From assembly GCA_021813945.1 (NCBI GenBank), contig JAKAJD010000002.1, positions 241,719-305,718 on the forward strand: 64,000 nt of DNA. Direction: 5' to 3'. Source of the DNA: a bacterium (lineage in GTDB: Bacteria; Patescibacteriota; Microgenomatia; Curtissbacterales; GWA2-41-24). A program made the translations under genes and the position numbers. Under the pieces are notes generated by a model, which was not told the origin of the DNA, ran no database searches, and saw nothing but the letters and a program-made list of their open reading frames with translations. Positions 1 to 9,365 of this stretch are shown here, in pieces. Position 1 is the stretch's first letter. The number at the start of each line of letters is the position of its first letter.

Positions 1-46
1 TGTGTTTTAGGTAGCAAATTTGCTCTAAGCGAAGTGCAAAAGGCAA

Positions 47-1006
47 ATGCAGATCTCCAGGAAATCAGAAGACAAATCCAAGAATATATATTCCTGGAAC
101 GCCTTAACAATCGGCATGATCGAACAGCAGCCTAGAACAAACATTGTCTACGAAAGCCCGCCTCCAACCGGTCTGCTGGAGCTTGTACCAAAGCGTTTAG
201 CAATCGCGGCAGGAGTCAAAGTATTTGGTGGAGGTCTAACACCGGAAGGTACCCAGGCGCTGGCAATAGGACTCGGGAAAATCCTAAGGAGGGAGCCGAT
301 AAATCCTGGTGATGACATATATCCCGTATATCAAGACGCAATTGCATTTCAAATAGAAGGGGAAGAAAACATTCCTAGATCCGGCGCAACGCTTTTTATC
401 GGAAACCACGATACTCACCCGCTTTTGGCCAGCATGGTCCAATTTATAGAGGGAGCAAGAATTGTCAATAATGCACGAGTGGATGTCCAGGATAGTGTTA
501 TGAGGGAATCCAGAATAATTATGCAAAGGGGTATCAGAACAAAGGTTAAGCTTTTAGGCCTTAGCCTAGGGACACATACAGTTCCCTTTTCGGAAGCTTT
601 CTACTTTATGGGGGCAAACTCGCTAAATTTTGTGATTGTCGACAGACCCAAGCACGACGAGGCCGAACAAGTGGTAAATAAACAACACATGCCGAAAGGT
701 CTTGCCGAAGAGATAGTTGCGGGCCAAGCGCTATTTATTTACCCTCAAGGGAAAAAAGGGTCAGGATTAAATATGCCCGACAAAAGCGGATTTATTGCCA
801 AAATGAGAAAGTTTGATGTTAATGTTGTGGGTGTTTTATTTGAAAGGGGAGAGCCAGGAGATCCTTTCCGCATTGCATTTGGAAAACCGACCCATATACA
901 AGATTTGCTTGTAAACGAAGCCGGCGAGCCAAACCTAAATCACTTCGCCCAACAACATTTGGCACCACTTCAAAGCGCAAACCGCCGTTTCCGGATAACT
1001 ACCTAA
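47..1006 (+). CDS. PlsC/lysophospholipid acyltransferase-fold protein (divergent)
   Basis: IEGEENIP..GATLFIGNH block and LFIYPQG (FPEG-like); the Asp of HxxxxD is absent. Confidence 0.5.
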   Translation: MQISRKSEDKSKNIYSWNALTIGMIEQQPRTNIVYESPPPTGLLELVPKRLAIAAGVKVFGGGLTPEGTQALAIGLGKILRREPINPGDDIYPVYQDAIAFQIEGEENIPRSGATLFIGNHDTHPLLASMVQFIEGARIVNNARVDVQDSVMRESRIIMQRGIRTKVKLLGLSLGTHTVPFSEAFYFMGANSLNFVIVDRPKHDEAEQVVNKQHMPKGLAEEIVAGQALFIYPQGKKGSGLNMPDKSGFIAKMRKFDVNVVGVLFERGEPGDPFRIAFGKPTHIQDLLVNEAGEPNLNHFAQQHLAPLQSANRRFRITT

Positions 1007-1358
1007 ATTCGTCCAACGATTTTAAAAGAATAATTCCGGAAGTAAAAGGCAGTCCACAAAGAATTATTATCGGCACTACTCTTATTCCGACAGGACCATT
1101 GCCGGCAAAAAGAAGAACCAGTGCCAAAATCAAAGATATCAAAATTAATATTTTTCCGCCGACTTTTGGCCTCTTTAAACAAATGATAAAAAGTCCAACC
1201 AGCGGAAGCGCTTGGGCCAAGTGCAGTATAAATCCGCTGATTCCAAAATCCGGACTTAAACCTTCACCGATTGCAAAGGCCATAAGAAATAAAATCGGTA
1301 TCAAAAGCAAACCCAGCGCTGTCCTTTTTTTTGTAAATTTGATTTTTGTTATATTCAT
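999..1358 (-). CDS. small 4-TM membrane protein
   Basis: 119 aa with four hydrophobic segments. Confidence 0.6.
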   Translation of the reverse strand: MNITKIKFTKKRTALGLLLIPILFLMAFAIGEGLSPDFGISGFILHLAQALPLVGLFIICLKRPKVGGKILILISLILALVLLFAGNGPVGIRVVPIIILCGLPFTSGIILLKSLDEFR

Positions 1359-1389
1359 AATAGTACTCTGATATTATAAGGTTAATAAC

Positions 1390-1791
1390 ATGAATAATAC
1401 TTACAGTTGGTATCAGACACTCATAAAACCTTCATGGGCTCCGCCCGCCTGGCTTTTTGGACCGGTTTGGACGTTTCTATATATTTTGATTGTCATATCT
1501 TTCGGGGCAGTTTTTATAAAAATTTATCAAAAAAAGTTAAAGCCAAAAATTGCTTTCCCTTTTGTCCTTAATTTAGTTTTTAATTTTGCGTTTACCCCGA
1601 TTCAATTTGGTTTGAAAAACAATGCACTGGCTGCACTCGACGTAATTTTAGTCCTTGCGACCCTAATTTGGTCGATCGCTGTTATATACAAAAAGGAAAA
1701 GTGGATTGCCTACATGCAGGTCCCTTATCTTTTGTGGGTAAGCTTCGCCACAGTTCTTCAGCTGACAATAACTTACTTGAACGTGTTATAA
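1390..1791 (+). CDS. tspO: TspO/MBR tryptophan-rich sensory protein
   Basis: WY..L.KPSWAPPAWLFGPVWT and PYLLWVSFAT motifs. Confidence 0.92.
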   Translation: MNNTYSWYQTLIKPSWAPPAWLFGPVWTFLYILIVISFGAVFIKIYQKKLKPKIAFPFVLNLVFNFAFTPIQFGLKNNALAALDVILVLATLIWSIAVIYKKEKWIAYMQVPYLLWVSFATVLQLTITYLNVL

Positions 1792-1820
1792 TCTTTCTTC
1801 CAAAAAGAAAGTAATCTCTC

Positions 1821-2483
1821 ATGAAAAATAGGATTTTTATTGGTTTTCGCAAACTTTTTTCGCTTTTTTCCCATTTCCCAAAAAAGCACCAAAAACGTTT
1901 TGTATATGTGGCGATAGGTGATTCGTCCGTAGAAGGAGTAGGGGCTAGTCATCACACAAAATCTTACCCATCGATAATTTTTGAAAAAATTAAATCAACT
2001 TACCCTGCAGCCGAATATCACAATTTGGGCAAAAGCGGGGACAGGATAAAAAACGTTCTTGAAGCCCAATTGCCTCAGGCATTAGCTCTTAAACCGAATC
2101 TTGTTACAGTCAGTATTGGTGTAAACGATATCCGCGGCCGCGTTAAACTTTCCGAGTTTGAAAAAGACCTCACTTATCTAATAAACACATTGCAAACAGA
2201 AACAGATGCCAAAATAATAATCAACAACATCCCCGATTTTTCCGCATTACCGACATTGCCGATTTACATACGCATGGCATCAAAAATCCTGATTCACCGT
2301 TTCAACAAGTCGATTGAAAAAATATCCAATAATTTCAATCTAACTTTAGTTGACATCTTCAAAGTTAGCAGACATTTTTGTAAACAATGGAAAAGCTTTA
2401 TTTCAAACGACGGCTTCCATCCATCTGATGCTGGCTACGCCCTTTGGGCAGAATCAATAATAGCTAATCTGACATTCTTGTAG
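1821..2483 (+). CDS. SGNH/GDSL hydrolase
   Basis: GDSS, G.ND and DGFHPS blocks. Confidence 0.9.
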   Translation: MKNRIFIGFRKLFSLFSHFPKKHQKRFVYVAIGDSSVEGVGASHHTKSYPSIIFEKIKSTYPAAEYHNLGKSGDRIKNVLEAQLPQALALKPNLVTVSIGVNDIRGRVKLSEFEKDLTYLINTLQTETDAKIIINNIPDFSALPTLPIYIRMASKILIHRFNKSIEKISNNFNLTLVDIFKVSRHFCKQWKSFISNDGFHPSDAGYALWAESIIANLTFL

Positions 2484-3870
2484 AGAACTGCGAAAGCCTT
2501 TTTGTTAAATATTCTTTGGTATTTTTACCCTTGTCGTCTGCGACTTCTTCAAAAAGTTTGGAAAGAATTTCTCCGACTTTTGGCCCGGGCTTAAGATCAA
2601 GCACTTTCATCACATCATTTCCATCTATCGCAAGGTCCGCAACCGTGAAGGGCTTTTTCAAAACTTCCTTTAATCTCGATCTAAACAATTTTAGTCTCCA
2701 GCTCTCCGGCTGTTGAAGTCCGCCACCCAGTCGATCCCCAACCCTCAGATCCATCATGTCCTCAACATTCTCGAGTCCGACATTTTTTATAAAACGCCTA
2801 AGCGCCCTGTCCGTTTGGTTTTCATTTACCGAAAATTGGTGCCAACGCACCAGGCGGAAGAGTTTGTCGCGCTCCTCACGCGAAAGGTGAAAGCGCTCGG
2901 CAATGGAAACAGCAATTCTTGCACCAACCACTTCATGGTTATGGAAAGTACGAACACCTTCTTCTGTGACTTTGGCAACTTTTGCCTTGCCGATATCATG
3001 AAGCATTGTCCCAAAACGCGTGATGGTATCTTTAGAGGGGCAATTTTCAAGTGACATCACACAATGTGTTCCCACATCGTAAATATGATGCCGTTTTGGA
3101 CTGACCTGCTCAACTGCAAAACAAACTTCCAGCTCCGGCAAAATTACAGTCAAAACCCCCAATTTTTTTGCCAGGAAAATTCCGGCAGAGGGAGCTGGCG
3201 AATCAACAATTTTAAAAACTTCATCACGAATCCGCTCTCCCGAAATTTTAGAAATTAAACTGGCATTTTGCTCAATTGCTTTTGCTGTATCAGCATCAAT
3301 ATCAAAACCGAGTGTCGTTGCAAACCTAATTGCGCGAAGCATCCTTAGTGCGTCTTCTCCAAAACGTTCATTAGGATCACCGACTGTGCGAATCAATTTA
3401 TTTTTTAAATCTTCTTGTCCACCAAACGGATCAACCAAATCCCAGTCTTCCAGGTCAAGGCCAGGCCTTTGTTGGGATTTTGCCGGCCTAAGGCCTGGCC
3501 TTTCTCCCATGCGTCTCAGCGCCATCGCATTTATCGTAAAATCGCGCCTTGCAAGATCTTCATCTAAACTCTTTCCCCAGACAACTTTGTCCGGATGCCT
3601 TGCGTCGGAATAACTTTCCTCAGATCGATAAGTCGTGATCTCTACTATGTTTCCCTTATCAACGGGCACTCCCACCGTCCCAAACCGGTTGTTGTAAAAT
3701 CCGTCAGCAAAAATTTTCAAAATCTCCTCAGGCTTTGCGTTGGTTGTTAAATCCCAGTCACCGACTTCTTTACCTGAAAGAATATCCCTTACAGCCCCGC
3801 CAACAACCGTAGCTTCAAAGCCCGCTTTTTCTAATTTTTCTAAAATCGAAAGCACCTTTTTGTCGACCAT
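2464..3870 (-). CDS. cca: CCA-adding tRNA nucleotidyltransferase with HD domain
   Basis: VGGAVRD, DWD, RRDFTINAMA, EDALRMLRAIRF, LHDIGK. Confidence 0.93.
   Translation of the reverse strand: MVDKKVLSILEKLEKAGFEATVVGGAVRDILSGKEVGDWDLTTNAKPEEILKIFADGFYNNRFGTVGVPVDKGNIVEITTYRSEESYSDARHPDKVVWGKSLDEDLARRDFTINAMALRRMGERPGLRPAKSQQRPGLDLEDWDLVDPFGGQEDLKNKLIRTVGDPNERFGEDALRMLRAIRFATTLGFDIDADTAKAIEQNASLISKISGERIRDEVFKIVDSPAPSAGIFLAKKLGVLTVILPELEVCFAVEQVSPKRHHIYDVGTHCVMSLENCPSKDTITRFGTMLHDIGKAKVAKVTEEGVRTFHNHEVVGARIAVSIAERFHLSREERDKLFRLVRWHQFSVNENQTDRALRRFIKNVGLENVEDMMDLRVGDRLGGGLQQPESWRLKLFRSRLKEVLKKPFTVADLAIDGNDVMKVLDLKPGPKVGEILSKLFEEVADDKGKNTKEYLTKRLSQFSTRMSD
3457..3502. repeat. REP-like palindrome doublet inside cca
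   Basis: AAGGCCAGGCCTT (3457-3469), 20 nt, AAGGCCTGGCCTT (3490-3502). Confidence 0.85.
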
Positions 3871-3933
3871 ATACCAATTATATTATCAACGAACGTTCAA
3901 AAAGAAATTTTTCGTATATAATGTCTTATTGAA

Positions 3934-5556
3934 GTGGATAACATTTGGCGAATAAAAACCCCTCATCCGGCGCAAAAAGAGGATTGGCTGGCGCAAGTTT
4001 TAGCCAAAAACAGGGGTCTTTCTACTAAATCTCAACTGGACCAATTTCTAAATCCAACCTTTGACCAAATTACCGCGGTCAGCGTGGGCAAAACCCAAAA
4101 AGCCATTGAAAGAATCAAAACTGCAATTAAAAACAACGAAAAAATTATTGTTTATTCCGACTACGACGCCGACGGCATCTCGGCAACTGCCATTATGTGG
4201 GAAACCTTAAACGACTTGGGCGCAAAGGTTATGCCATATGTGCCCCATAGAATAAAGGAAGGATATGGTCTTTTTACGCCTGCCATAGAAGAGCTTTCCA
4301 AAAGCGGCGTCAAACTGATAATAACCGTTGATCACGGCGTCACCGCGGTTGCACAAGTCGAAGCGGCCCAAAAATTAGGTGTAGATGTCATAATTACCGA
4401 CCATCATGTCCTGCCTCCAAAGGTTCCTCAATCGTTCGCTTTAATCCACACAACAGATCTTTGCGGTGCCGGAGTCGCCTGGCGTTTTTGTTGGGATTTA
4501 GTCAAAAGCATCAAACCTTCCTATCAAAAAAATCTGGAGGACAAATTGGAACTTGCCGCGCTGGCGACTATTGCAGATCTTGTTCCTCTTCTTGGCGCCA
4601 ACCGCGCAATTGTCAAAATCGGCTTGGAAAAAATCCAAAAAACAATTCGGCCCGGCCTCAAAAGCTTAATTTCCGCCTCAGCCATAAACGGCAAAATTGG
4701 AACTTATGAAATCGGCCACGTTTTAGCACCGAGAATAAATGCCATGGGAAGAATCGAACACGGCTTGGACGCACTTAGGCTAATTTGCTCAAGAAACAGA
4801 AGCCAAGCGGAGCGGTTAACCAAACTCTTAACCCAAACCAACAGCCGTCGTCAGGATCTAACTGTAAAAGCCATCGACCATGCGATATCTTTGGTAAACG
4901 GTGATCATTTAGTCGGAGTGGTTTCCCATGAAGATTGGCACGAAGGTGTAATCGGCCTTGTAGCATCGCGGCTTGTGGAAATTCACCACCGCCCGATGAT
5001 TGTTATTGCAAGAGGTGCTGAAAAATCGAAAGGCTCAGCTCGATCAATTGCCGGCTTTAACATAATCGAAGCAATTCGCGCGTCTAGTGAATTTTTAGTA
5101 GATGCAGGCGGACACCCCATGGCAGCAGGTTTTTCTATAGAAACTAAACACATCGATTCGTTTACCAAAAGCATTAACAACTATGCCCAAACAATAATCA
5201 CTGAAGAAATTCTCTCACCTGTTGTGGAGATAGAATGCCCAATGCCCAAAGAGGGAATCACCAAATCTAATTTTGAAGTTATCAAAAAGTTTGAACCTTA
5301 CGGAGTAGCCAACCCTGTCCCGCTTTTTTTAACCAAAAACATGTTAGTTGAAGATGTTAGAACTGTTGGGAGCGACAACCGCCACTTAAAATTGCAAGTC
5401 GATGGCTTTTCGGCAATAGGCTTTGGCAGGGGAGCACAAAAAGCCCAGATCAGGCCCGGCTACAAAGTTGATCTTGTATACTCAATCGAAGCCGACAACT
5501 TCAACGGCAAAGGAAGCCTCCAGTTAAAAATCAAAGACCTGACAATCAACAATTAG
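3934..5556 (+). CDS. recJ: ssDNA-specific exonuclease RecJ
   Basis: DYDADG, TDHH, APRINAMGR, GSARS, GGHPMAAG. Confidence 0.95.
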   Translation: MDNIWRIKTPHPAQKEDWLAQVLAKNRGLSTKSQLDQFLNPTFDQITAVSVGKTQKAIERIKTAIKNNEKIIVYSDYDADGISATAIMWETLNDLGAKVMPYVPHRIKEGYGLFTPAIEELSKSGVKLIITVDHGVTAVAQVEAAQKLGVDVIITDHHVLPPKVPQSFALIHTTDLCGAGVAWRFCWDLVKSIKPSYQKNLEDKLELAALATIADLVPLLGANRAIVKIGLEKIQKTIRPGLKSLISASAINGKIGTYEIGHVLAPRINAMGRIEHGLDALRLICSRNRSQAERLTKLLTQTNSRRQDLTVKAIDHAISLVNGDHLVGVVSHEDWHEGVIGLVASRLVEIHHRPMIVIARGAEKSKGSARSIAGFNIIEAIRASSEFLVDAGGHPMAAGFSIETKHIDSFTKSINNYAQTIITEEILSPVVEIECPMPKEGITKSNFEVIKKFEPYGVANPVPLFLTKNMLVEDVRTVGSDNRHLKLQVDGFSAIGFGRGAQKAQIRPGYKVDLVYSIEADNFNGKGSLQLKIKDLTINN

Positions 5557-5801
5557 TCACCCATATGGGTTTGATTTTGCGTATGCTCGTACCAATCAAC
5601 TCTTTCTCTAGGTGTTGGAAATCCCGCATTTGGCGTCGGAATATTTCCATCGACACGGGTGGCGGTATCAGTTGATACGGCTCCAGCTGTCTCGGCAGCA
5701 CAAAATCTAGGTCGCTCGTGCCTCGAAGAACCAATACCAACCCAGGGTCTTGGGTCACGCATTCTTAAATCCTGGGGTCCTCGGTCTTGCTCGTTATGCA
5801 T
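5553..5801 (-). CDS. 82-aa orphan protein (start moved to ATG 5801)
   Basis: Strong SD AAGGAGGTGA 5 nt before ATG CAT AAC; same frame as track ORF 5553..5918. Confidence 0.55.
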   Translation of the reverse strand: MHNEQDRGPQDLRMRDPRPWVGIGSSRHERPRFCAAETAGAVSTDTATRVDGNIPTPNAGFPTPRERVDWYEHTQNQTHMGD

Positions 5802-6004
5802 ATTTTTCACCTCCTTTTTTGTTTTTTTAGACAACGTCAATTTGATGCAATTCTCCCTCTCTGATTCTTTTATTAGACGGTTCCCTGTCCACGTCCGGCC
5901 AAATTGGCCCATACTCAAAGCGTTGCTGTAGTGTCAATCTAGCCGCTTCGATACGGGAAATCCTATCAATTGGACAACCGCCCTCGCCTAGTTCGACCAT
6001 TTCT

Positions 6005-6694
6005 TTACCTGACCCTCCTCATATCGACTTCCCACCATTTATCCAAACCGTCACTAGCTTCGGCAGCCCTTTCTACCTTAAAACCATGACCACCAAAGAC
6101 TTGATGTATTTGATCAACGCTTTCTTGCAAGATTTTGTGATCCCTCAAATATTTAAAAAAATCCAACACATCTTGAGACCTTTGACTCAAGCGTTTTCGC
6201 CCAGATAAATCCTCAAGTTTTGCTTGTACCAAAGAAGGGTGATGCAAATTTAACAATAATTTACCGCCTGGCTTTAATACTCTTTTCGTTTCCAAAATGG
6301 CCCCGGGAGGCATGAAATCCAGCGCCATGCTCGAGACGGCAACATCAAAAACTCCATCCCGAAAAGGTAACTGGGATCCACTTGCCCTGACATGAGGCAC
6401 AAAAGATTCAGAAAGTAAATTTCTTGATGAAATACCCGCTATATCGACTGAAATGAATCGGAGTCCACGCCTGCCGTATGCCCTAATATACTCTCTTTCA
6501 AAGATTTGTCGCCCGGCTCCCAAATCTAAAACTGTGGGATTTTCAGGAAGACCATCAGCAACGGTGTGAAGCCTTCTTCTTAAAGAAACCCTACTTTTGT
6601 TTGGGCTATCTTCTTTTTCATTGGGATAATACCTAGTATAAAAACTAGACATTTTTTCTTCTGTTCCAGGAATGATTCTTGCCTCGATTTGCAT
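6005..6694 (-). CDS. class I SAM-dependent methyltransferase (Methyltransf_11-like)
   Basis: VLDLGAG motif I, LPFRDGVFD, RVLKPGGKL. Confidence 0.9.
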   Translation of the reverse strand: MQIEARIIPGTEEKMSSFYTRYYPNEKEDSPNKSRVSLRRRLHTVADGLPENPTVLDLGAGRQIFEREYIRAYGRRGLRFISVDIAGISSRNLLSESFVPHVRASGSQLPFRDGVFDVAVSSMALDFMPPGAILETKRVLKPGGKLLLNLHHPSLVQAKLEDLSGRKRLSQRSQDVLDFFKYLRDHKILQESVDQIHQVFGGHGFKVERAAEASDGLDKWWEVDMRRVR

Positions 6695-6703
6695 TTTTTC
6701 AAC

Positions 6704-6727
6704 AAAAAAACCTCCCGTTTGGGAGGT
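6704..6727 (-). terminator. intrinsic terminator in the methyltransferase leader
   Basis: Minus strand ACCTCCC-AAAC-GGGAGGT followed by a T run, ending about 10 nt before ATG 6694. Confidence 0.75.
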
Positions 6728-6751
6728 ATCTTTTTCAAGCTGGCTTTTAAA

Positions 6752-6832
6752 TTAAGCCAATACCTCCCGAGGGCTCTTGACAAGCAAGAGACCTTTAATA
6801 AGGAGGCAATTTGCGAAAAATTTCAAATCCAT
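6752..6832 (-). CDS. putative attenuator leader peptide MDLKFFANCLLIKGLLLVKSPREVLA
   Basis: ATG 7 nt after TACAAT; 7 Leu codons; overlaps the antiterminator strand. Confidence 0.6.
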   Translation of the reverse strand: MDLKFFANCLLIKGLLLVKSPREVLA

Positions 6833-6839
6833 TGTGAAA

Positions 6840-6869
6840 ATTGTAAAGGGCACGCATTCCGCTTGTCAA
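6840..6869 (-). promoter_or_regulatory. sigma70 promoter of the leader/methyltransferase
   Basis: TTGACA (6869-6864), 18 nt, TACAAT (6845-6840). Confidence 0.7.
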
Positions 6870-6880
6870 GGCGTGAGGAA

Positions 6881-7023
6881 AAGGCCAGGCCTTTAGCAAA
6901 GAGTATCTCAGTTAAGGCCTGGCCTTAGCCAAGCACAAAAGGTAGGCCTCGAATTGTGCTGATTCAACGTAAAAAGGCCTGACCTTGAGATCAAGATGTT
7001 TAAGTAGAAAAAGACCTGCCCTT
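6881..7023. repeat. cluster of five REP-like palindromes upstream of aspS
   Basis: 6881-6893, 6914-6926, 6939-6950 (degenerate), 6974-6986, 7011-7023 (degenerate). Confidence 0.85.
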
Positions 7024-7077
7024 AGCATCGCCCGCAACCGCTGGCACAACTAGCCATTTTAGTTTAGAATCTAGTCT

Positions 7078-8454
7078 ATGCGGACACTGGCTGTTGAAGC
7101 CAACCAAAAAGTTGGCCAAAAAGTCACCTTAATGGGCTGGGCAAATGTCGTTCGTGACCACGGAAAAATCACCTTTATCGATCTTCGCGATATGTCCGGT
7201 ATTATCCAAACTGTTGCCAAAAAAGATTATGGCGTTAGCCCGGAAGACGTCATAAAAATTGAAGGAACAGTCAAAAAACGTCCGGAAAAGTTAATCAATA
7301 AGAACCTGGAAACAGGAGAAATCGAAATTGAAATCGAAAACTTGGAGATTTTAAACAAATCCAAAACACCACCTTTTCCGGTAGATTCAGACGGCCTGGA
7401 TATCGAAGAGGCATTACGTCTTAAATACCGCTACCTGGATTTGCGCCGGCCCAGAATGGCAAAAAACTTAAAACTTAGGCATGAAATGACATCTTTCATG
7501 CGCCAGTTTTTAAAAGATAGGCATTTTACGGAAGTTGAAACCCCAATTCTAACCAAAACCACTCCGGAAGGCGCGCGAGATTTTCTGGTTCCGTCCCGTC
7601 TTCAACCGGGCAACTTTTACGCGCTTCCACAATCGCCGCAGCAATACAAACAGCTTTTGATGGTTGCCGGCCTCGAACGCTATTTTCAAATCGCCCGCTG
7701 CTTCCGCGATGAAGACCCCCGAGCAGACAGAGCTTACGGTGAATTCACCCAGCTCGATATCGAAATGTCGTTTGTCGAACAAGAGGATATTTTAAAATTA
7801 ACAGAGGAACTCTTTAAGGAAATTACCGAAAAAGTTTTCGGCAAAAAAGTTTTAAAGTATCCTTTTCCTCGAATTCCCCACAAAGAAGCTCTTAAAAAAT
7901 ACGGTGCAGATAAATTCGATCTAAGATCCGATAAAGATCCAAACGTTTTAGCCTTTGCCTTCGTTGTCGATTTTCCACTTTTTACCGAACAATCAAAAGA
8001 TGATTTTTACCATGGGTCCGGTTCTGCCAAGTTTGCGCCATCGCACCATATGTTTACAGCACCTCACCCTGAAGATATCAAACTATTAGATACAGATCCT
8101 ACAAAAGTTCGCGGCCTCCAGCACGACTTGGTTTGCAACGGTCTGGAAGTTGGTGGTGGCAGTATCAGGATTCATAAAAGGGAAATTCAAGAAAAAATCT
8201 TCTCGCTTATCGGTTTTTCAAAAACCCAAAAAGAAGAATTTAGCCATATGCTGGAAGCTTTTGAATACGGTGTTCCTCCCCACGGAGGAATTGCTCCCGG
8301 AATTGACAGGTTTTTAATGGTTGCCCTTAATCAGCCAAATCTCCGAGAAGCAATTGCTTTCCCGACATCCGCCTCCGGACAAACAGCAGTTATGGATGCT
8401 CCTAGCCCGGTTGACGAAAAAACTTTAAAAGAGCTAAAACTCAAAAAGCTGTGA
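7078..8454 (+). CDS. aspS: aspartyl-tRNA synthetase, compact, probably non-discriminating
   Basis: RDHG..FIDLRD, TPEGARDFLVP, ALPQSPQ, GGGSIRIH, PPHGGIA.G.DR. Confidence 0.95.
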   Translation: MRTLAVEANQKVGQKVTLMGWANVVRDHGKITFIDLRDMSGIIQTVAKKDYGVSPEDVIKIEGTVKKRPEKLINKNLETGEIEIEIENLEILNKSKTPPFPVDSDGLDIEEALRLKYRYLDLRRPRMAKNLKLRHEMTSFMRQFLKDRHFTEVETPILTKTTPEGARDFLVPSRLQPGNFYALPQSPQQYKQLLMVAGLERYFQIARCFRDEDPRADRAYGEFTQLDIEMSFVEQEDILKLTEELFKEITEKVFGKKVLKYPFPRIPHKEALKKYGADKFDLRSDKDPNVLAFAFVVDFPLFTEQSKDDFYHGSGSAKFAPSHHMFTAPHPEDIKLLDTDPTKVRGLQHDLVCNGLEVGGGSIRIHKREIQEKIFSLIGFSKTQKEEFSHMLEAFEYGVPPHGGIAPGIDRFLMVALNQPNLREAIAFPTSASGQTAVMDAPSPVDEKTLKELKLKKL

Positions 8455-9365
8455 TTTTCCGAACTGTTGTAATTTTTTTAATTGTTATATCCGCTCTCGG
8501 CGTGGTACTTCTTCCTAAAGAAGAGCTAGGCAAAGTGGCACCAAGTGTCGCCAAACGAGTTGAAGCGGCAACTACAGAGTCCGGCTCGGCATACCCAAGC
8601 CCCAGAAAAGATTTTACCGATGCCCCACAAGTAACTGCTTCTTCTGCTGTTGTTATCGACAACAAAACTGGCACTTCTATGTACGAAAAAAATTCCAATC
8701 TTCGCCACCTTCCGGCTTCAACCACAAAGCTCATGACTGCCTTAGTTTCCTTGGAAAAGTGCTCGCCAAGTGATATCGTCGAGGTTAGAGATGTAGAAGG
8801 CGACGGTTCGCAAATGGGCCTCAAAGTCGGAGACAAGGTAACGGTTGAAAATCTTCTTTACGGACTTTTGATTCCCTCGGGTAACGATGCCGCGTTTGTT
8901 TTAGCAAGAAACTGCGGAGATTCCTACGATCAATTCATTGCAGCTATGAATCAAAAAGCTAAAGATTTAAATATGCAAAATACCCATTTTGTAAATCCGG
9001 CTGGCTACGACGACCCTCTTCAATACTCAACCGCTTCTGATCTTGCACTTATGGCTCGTGTAGCAGTTACCAATCCAATAATCGCCAAAATAGTCAAAAT
9101 CAAAAGCACTGTAGTTGCAGATATTACGGGAACCCGAACTTATTATCTTGAAAACGTCAATAAACTTTTAGGGGTTGTGCCCGGATTGGAAGGGGTCAAA
9201 ACAGGGGAAACAGACGGTGCTTTGGAAAATCTTGTCACTAAAACTACAAGAGGTGATAATTCAATTTTAGTCGTGGTACTCGGATCCCAAGACCGCTTCG
9301 GTGACTCTAAAAGCCTAATTGAATGGGCTTATCAAAATTACATTTGGCAAAAGGGGAAAACTTAA
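8451..9365 (+). CDS. dacA: D-alanyl-D-alanine carboxypeptidase (peptidase S11)
   Basis: ASTTK, SGN and KTG motifs; N-terminal TM. Confidence 0.9.
   Translation: MIFRTVVIFLIVISALGVVLLPKEELGKVAPSVAKRVEAATTESGSAYPSPRKDFTDAPQVTASSAVVIDNKTGTSMYEKNSNLRHLPASTTKLMTALVSLEKCSPSDIVEVRDVEGDGSQMGLKVGDKVTVENLLYGLLIPSGNDAAFVLARNCGDSYDQFIAAMNQKAKDLNMQNTHFVNPAGYDDPLQYSTASDLALMARVAVTNPIIAKIVKIKSTVVADITGTRTYYLENVNKLLGVVPGLEGVKTGETDGALENLVTKTTRGDNSILVVVLGSQDRFGDSKSLIEWAYQNYIWQKGKT

Noticed and set aside
6704-6832. SAM-I or other known riboswitch
   Set aside because: No recognisable aptamer consensus by eye; the uORF-coupled attenuator explains the pairings. An Rfam scan is still needed
6881-7023. CRISPR array
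   Set aside because: Units are only 13 bp, alternate in orientation and are irregularly spaced; no cas genes are present
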